Assembly (NCBI GenBank): GCA_963849285.1
Contig: CAWKGS010000004.1
Span: 180,800-244,799 of the forward strand
Reading direction: 5' to 3'
Origin: an uncultured Solirubrobacterales bacterium
GTDB lineage: Bacteria; Actinomycetota; Thermoleophilia; Solirubrobacterales; Solirubrobacteraceae
DNA length: 64,000 bases
Positions 62,163 to 64,000 of this stretch are shown here, piece after piece. The stretch's first letter is position 1. Each line of letters begins with the position of its first letter. Made by a program: the position numbers and the translations under genes. The notes under the pieces were generated by a model. The model searched no databases and was not told the origin of the DNA. It worked only from the letters and a program-made list of their open reading frames with translations.

Positions 62163-62833
62163 TCCGCGTTCTGCTGGCCGACGACCAGGCGCTGATCCGC
62201 GCCGGCTTTCGCGTCCTCCTGGATTCCGCGGAGGACATCGAGGTGGTGGGTGAGGCCGACAATGGCGCCCAAGCGGTCGCGATCGCCCGCGACCGCCTCG
62301 CGGACGTCGTGCTGATGGACATCCGCATGCCGACGGTGGATGGACTCGAGGCTACGCGCCGGATGGCAGCCGACGAGAACCTGGCCGGGGTCAAGGTCCT
62401 GATCCTCACAACCTTCGAGAGCGACGAGTATGTCTATGAAGCCCTCCAAGCCGGCGCCAGCGGCTTTCTGGTCAAGGACACCGAACCGGCGGAGCTGCTG
62501 CACGCGATCCGAGTGGTCGCTCGTGGGGATGCGCTGCTCTCTCCGGGGATCACCCGCCGCCTGATCGCCGACATCGCCGCGCGCGGTCCATCCCGCCCGA
62601 GCGCCCATCCGGCGCTGTCGGAGCTGACCGACCGCGAGCGGGAGATGATGACGCTGGTCGCGCACGGCCTATCGAACGACCAGATCGCCGGTCAGCTGTT
62701 TCTCAGCCCGCTGACCGTGAAAACTCACGTCAGCCGCGCGATGCTCAAGCTCGGCGCGCGCGACCGGGCCCAGCTCGTCGTGATCGCCTACCAAAGCGGG
62801 TTGGTGGCGCCGGGCGAGACCCCGAAGGTTTGA
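62159..62833 (+). CDS. NarL/LuxR family response regulator
   Basis: ADD, LMDIRMP and LTTF receiver; LTDRERE...TVKTHV HTH. Confidence 0.94.
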   Translation: MIRVLLADDQALIRAGFRVLLDSAEDIEVVGEADNGAQAVAIARDRLADVVLMDIRMPTVDGLEATRRMAADENLAGVKVLILTTFESDEYVYEALQAGASGFLVKDTEPAELLHAIRVVARGDALLSPGITRRLIADIAARGPSRPSAHPALSELTDREREMMTLVAHGLSNDQIAGQLFLSPLTVKTHVSRAMLKLGARDRAQLVVIAYQSGLVAPGETPKV

Positions 62834-62888
62834 CACCCCAACTACTCGCCTCTCGCCGAAGCGATGGTCTCCGGATTCCCGCCGCGGC

Positions 62889-63194
62889 CTAGACGCGTTT
62901 GAGCGTGAGCGCCAGGCTTGGCACGGCGAACGAGATCAGATAGATCGGCCAGATCCTCGCTCCGCTGCAGCGGAAGTTCACAGCGTCACCGGATGCGACG
63001 TCGAATGATTCGGCTCGACTCTGATAGCGGCCGGCGCGAACCTGGAGCGTGTGGCGCCCAGGCTCGATCGACGCTTCGAAGGTATCCCGGTGGTTGATCG
63101 AGCCGACGCTCGTGCCGTCCAGTGCAACCTCGAACGGCATACGCCGGAGCTCCATGAGGACGCTTTCCCGCTTCAGGTTGAGCGTTGCTGACAT
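62889..63194 (-). CDS. Small hypothetical beta-sandwich protein with a C-terminal hydrophobic tail
   Basis: VALDG..VG, PGRHTLQV; RBS GGAAGGAGG. Confidence 0.65.
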   Translation of the reverse strand: MSATLNLKRESVLMELRRMPFEVALDGTSVGSINHRDTFEASIEPGRHTLQVRAGRYQSRAESFDVASGDAVNFRCSGARIWPIYLISFAVPSLALTLKRV

Positions 63195-63270
63195 CGATGC
63201 CCTCCTTCCATCGGGCTGTTCTGCCGGTCCGCCGAGTGGCTGGTGCGCGCGTCGGCGCCTGCGAGGCGCC

Positions 63271-64000
63271 TCAACGTCGTGCTCCGGTGATCAGGCGCTC
63301 GCGGTCGAACATCGCTGCCACCGCCCGCCATCCGAGCGCGTCGACGGCCAGTAGCACTGCCGCGAGGCCGAGCACGAGGCCGGTCGACGGCGTGATCACG
63401 TTGAACCCCAGCAACGCGACGATCGCGATCGGGGGCACGTTCGCGAGCACGCTGAGCTGTTGGGCGGCGCGGACATCGGAAGATCGCGCGGAGATTGCGA
63501 TCCCGACCCAGATCGACCAGCCGGCGAGCAGCGGCGTGAAAGCCACCTGAATCGGGATATGCGAGCCCGCGAAGATCGCGGACCTGATCCCCGAATGGGC
63601 GAACAGGGCCGCCACGGCGAGGAAGATCCCGAACATCGTGTAGGCGATCACGAGCGTCGGGAGGACTACCGCGAGTGCTTTGCCGATCAGGAACTCCTCG
63701 CGGCTGACCGGGGTGATCAGAATCGGCTCGAGCGTGCCCTGGTCGCGCTCGCCGATGACCGAGTACGCCGAGACCGTGGACGGCACGATCGCCGGGATGA
63801 ACAGCAGGTACAGCAGCGAGATCCCGATCCGTGAATCGAGCGTCGAGCTGGACGCCACGGCCGGCGCGTTCAGCAGCTGGACCGTCGGAATGACGATGAA
63901 GATCAGCGGCAGCAGGGTCATCGTGAACACCATCACGAAGCGGTTGCGTCGGTAATCGCTGAGCTCCTTGACGAGGATCGCTCTGACTCGAGTCCAACTG
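63271..64000 (-). CDS. ABC-2 type permease, 5' end beyond the window
   Basis: The frame is open to the edge (RAILVKELSDYRRN); VIGERDQGTLEPIL.TP and FLIGK. Confidence 0.85.
   Translation of the reverse strand, partial: SWTRVRAILVKELSDYRRNRFVMVFTMTLLPLIFIVIPTVQLLNAPAVASSSTLDSRIGISLLYLLFIPAIVPSTVSAYSVIGERDQGTLEPILITPVSREEFLIGKALAVVLPTLVIAYTMFGIFLAVAALFAHSGIRSAIFAGSHIPIQVAFTPLLAGWSIWVGIAISARSSDVRAAQQLSVLANVPPIAIVALLGFNVITPSTGLVLGLAAVLLAVDALGWRAVAAMFDRERLITGARR

Noticed and set aside
57650-64000. Integrative element at tRNA-Lys
   Set aside because: No integrase and no duplicated tRNA 3' end are visible within the window.

Overview
High-GC actinobacterial DNA; gene content and protein style suggest Thermoleophilia/Solirubrobacterales (inference). 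(1) Positions 1-13903: an apparently acquired catabolic island with a CUT2-type ABC importer, an amidohydrolase-2 enzyme, two FAH-family enzymes, an extradiol dioxygenase, a cupin, two tandem Cys/His-rich paralogues of unknown function, an aldo-keto reductase, a 3-hydroxyacyl-CoA dehydrogenase-lipocalin fusion and a flavin monooxygenase. It ends abruptly at a truncated WD40 gene. (2) Positions 14.2-33.7 kb: a mixed region with a stand-alone ATP synthase c subunit behind a consensus promoter carrying tandem palindromic operators, aac(2')-I, an MMPL transporter, a triple-repeat membrane protein, a group-2 sigma factor, pcaBDC and a large ABC exporter. (3) Positions 33.8-46.6 kb: cell-envelope and housekeeping genes, including an aminotransferase-ddl-Rieske oxygenase operon, GtrA and a GT-C glycosyltransferase, palindromic repeats and ymdB. 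(4) Positions 47.1-57.6 kb: a respiratory biogenesis cluster of hemB, ahbAB, hemL, a catalytically dead prenyl-synthase homologue, a b6-type split Rieske/cytochrome b complex, menG, a polyprenyl synthase and tatAC. (5) tRNA-Lys(CTT), whose terminator holds a 194-bp MITE with 28-bp terminal inverted repeats and a 10-bp target duplication, followed by an MMPL/two-component/ABC module. Roughly ten single-base indels interrupt otherwise intact genes, including two compensating ones in tatC. These are most likely sequencing or assembly errors, so frameshifted genes are not called pseudogenes. All functional calls come from motif recognition by eye; no searches were run.
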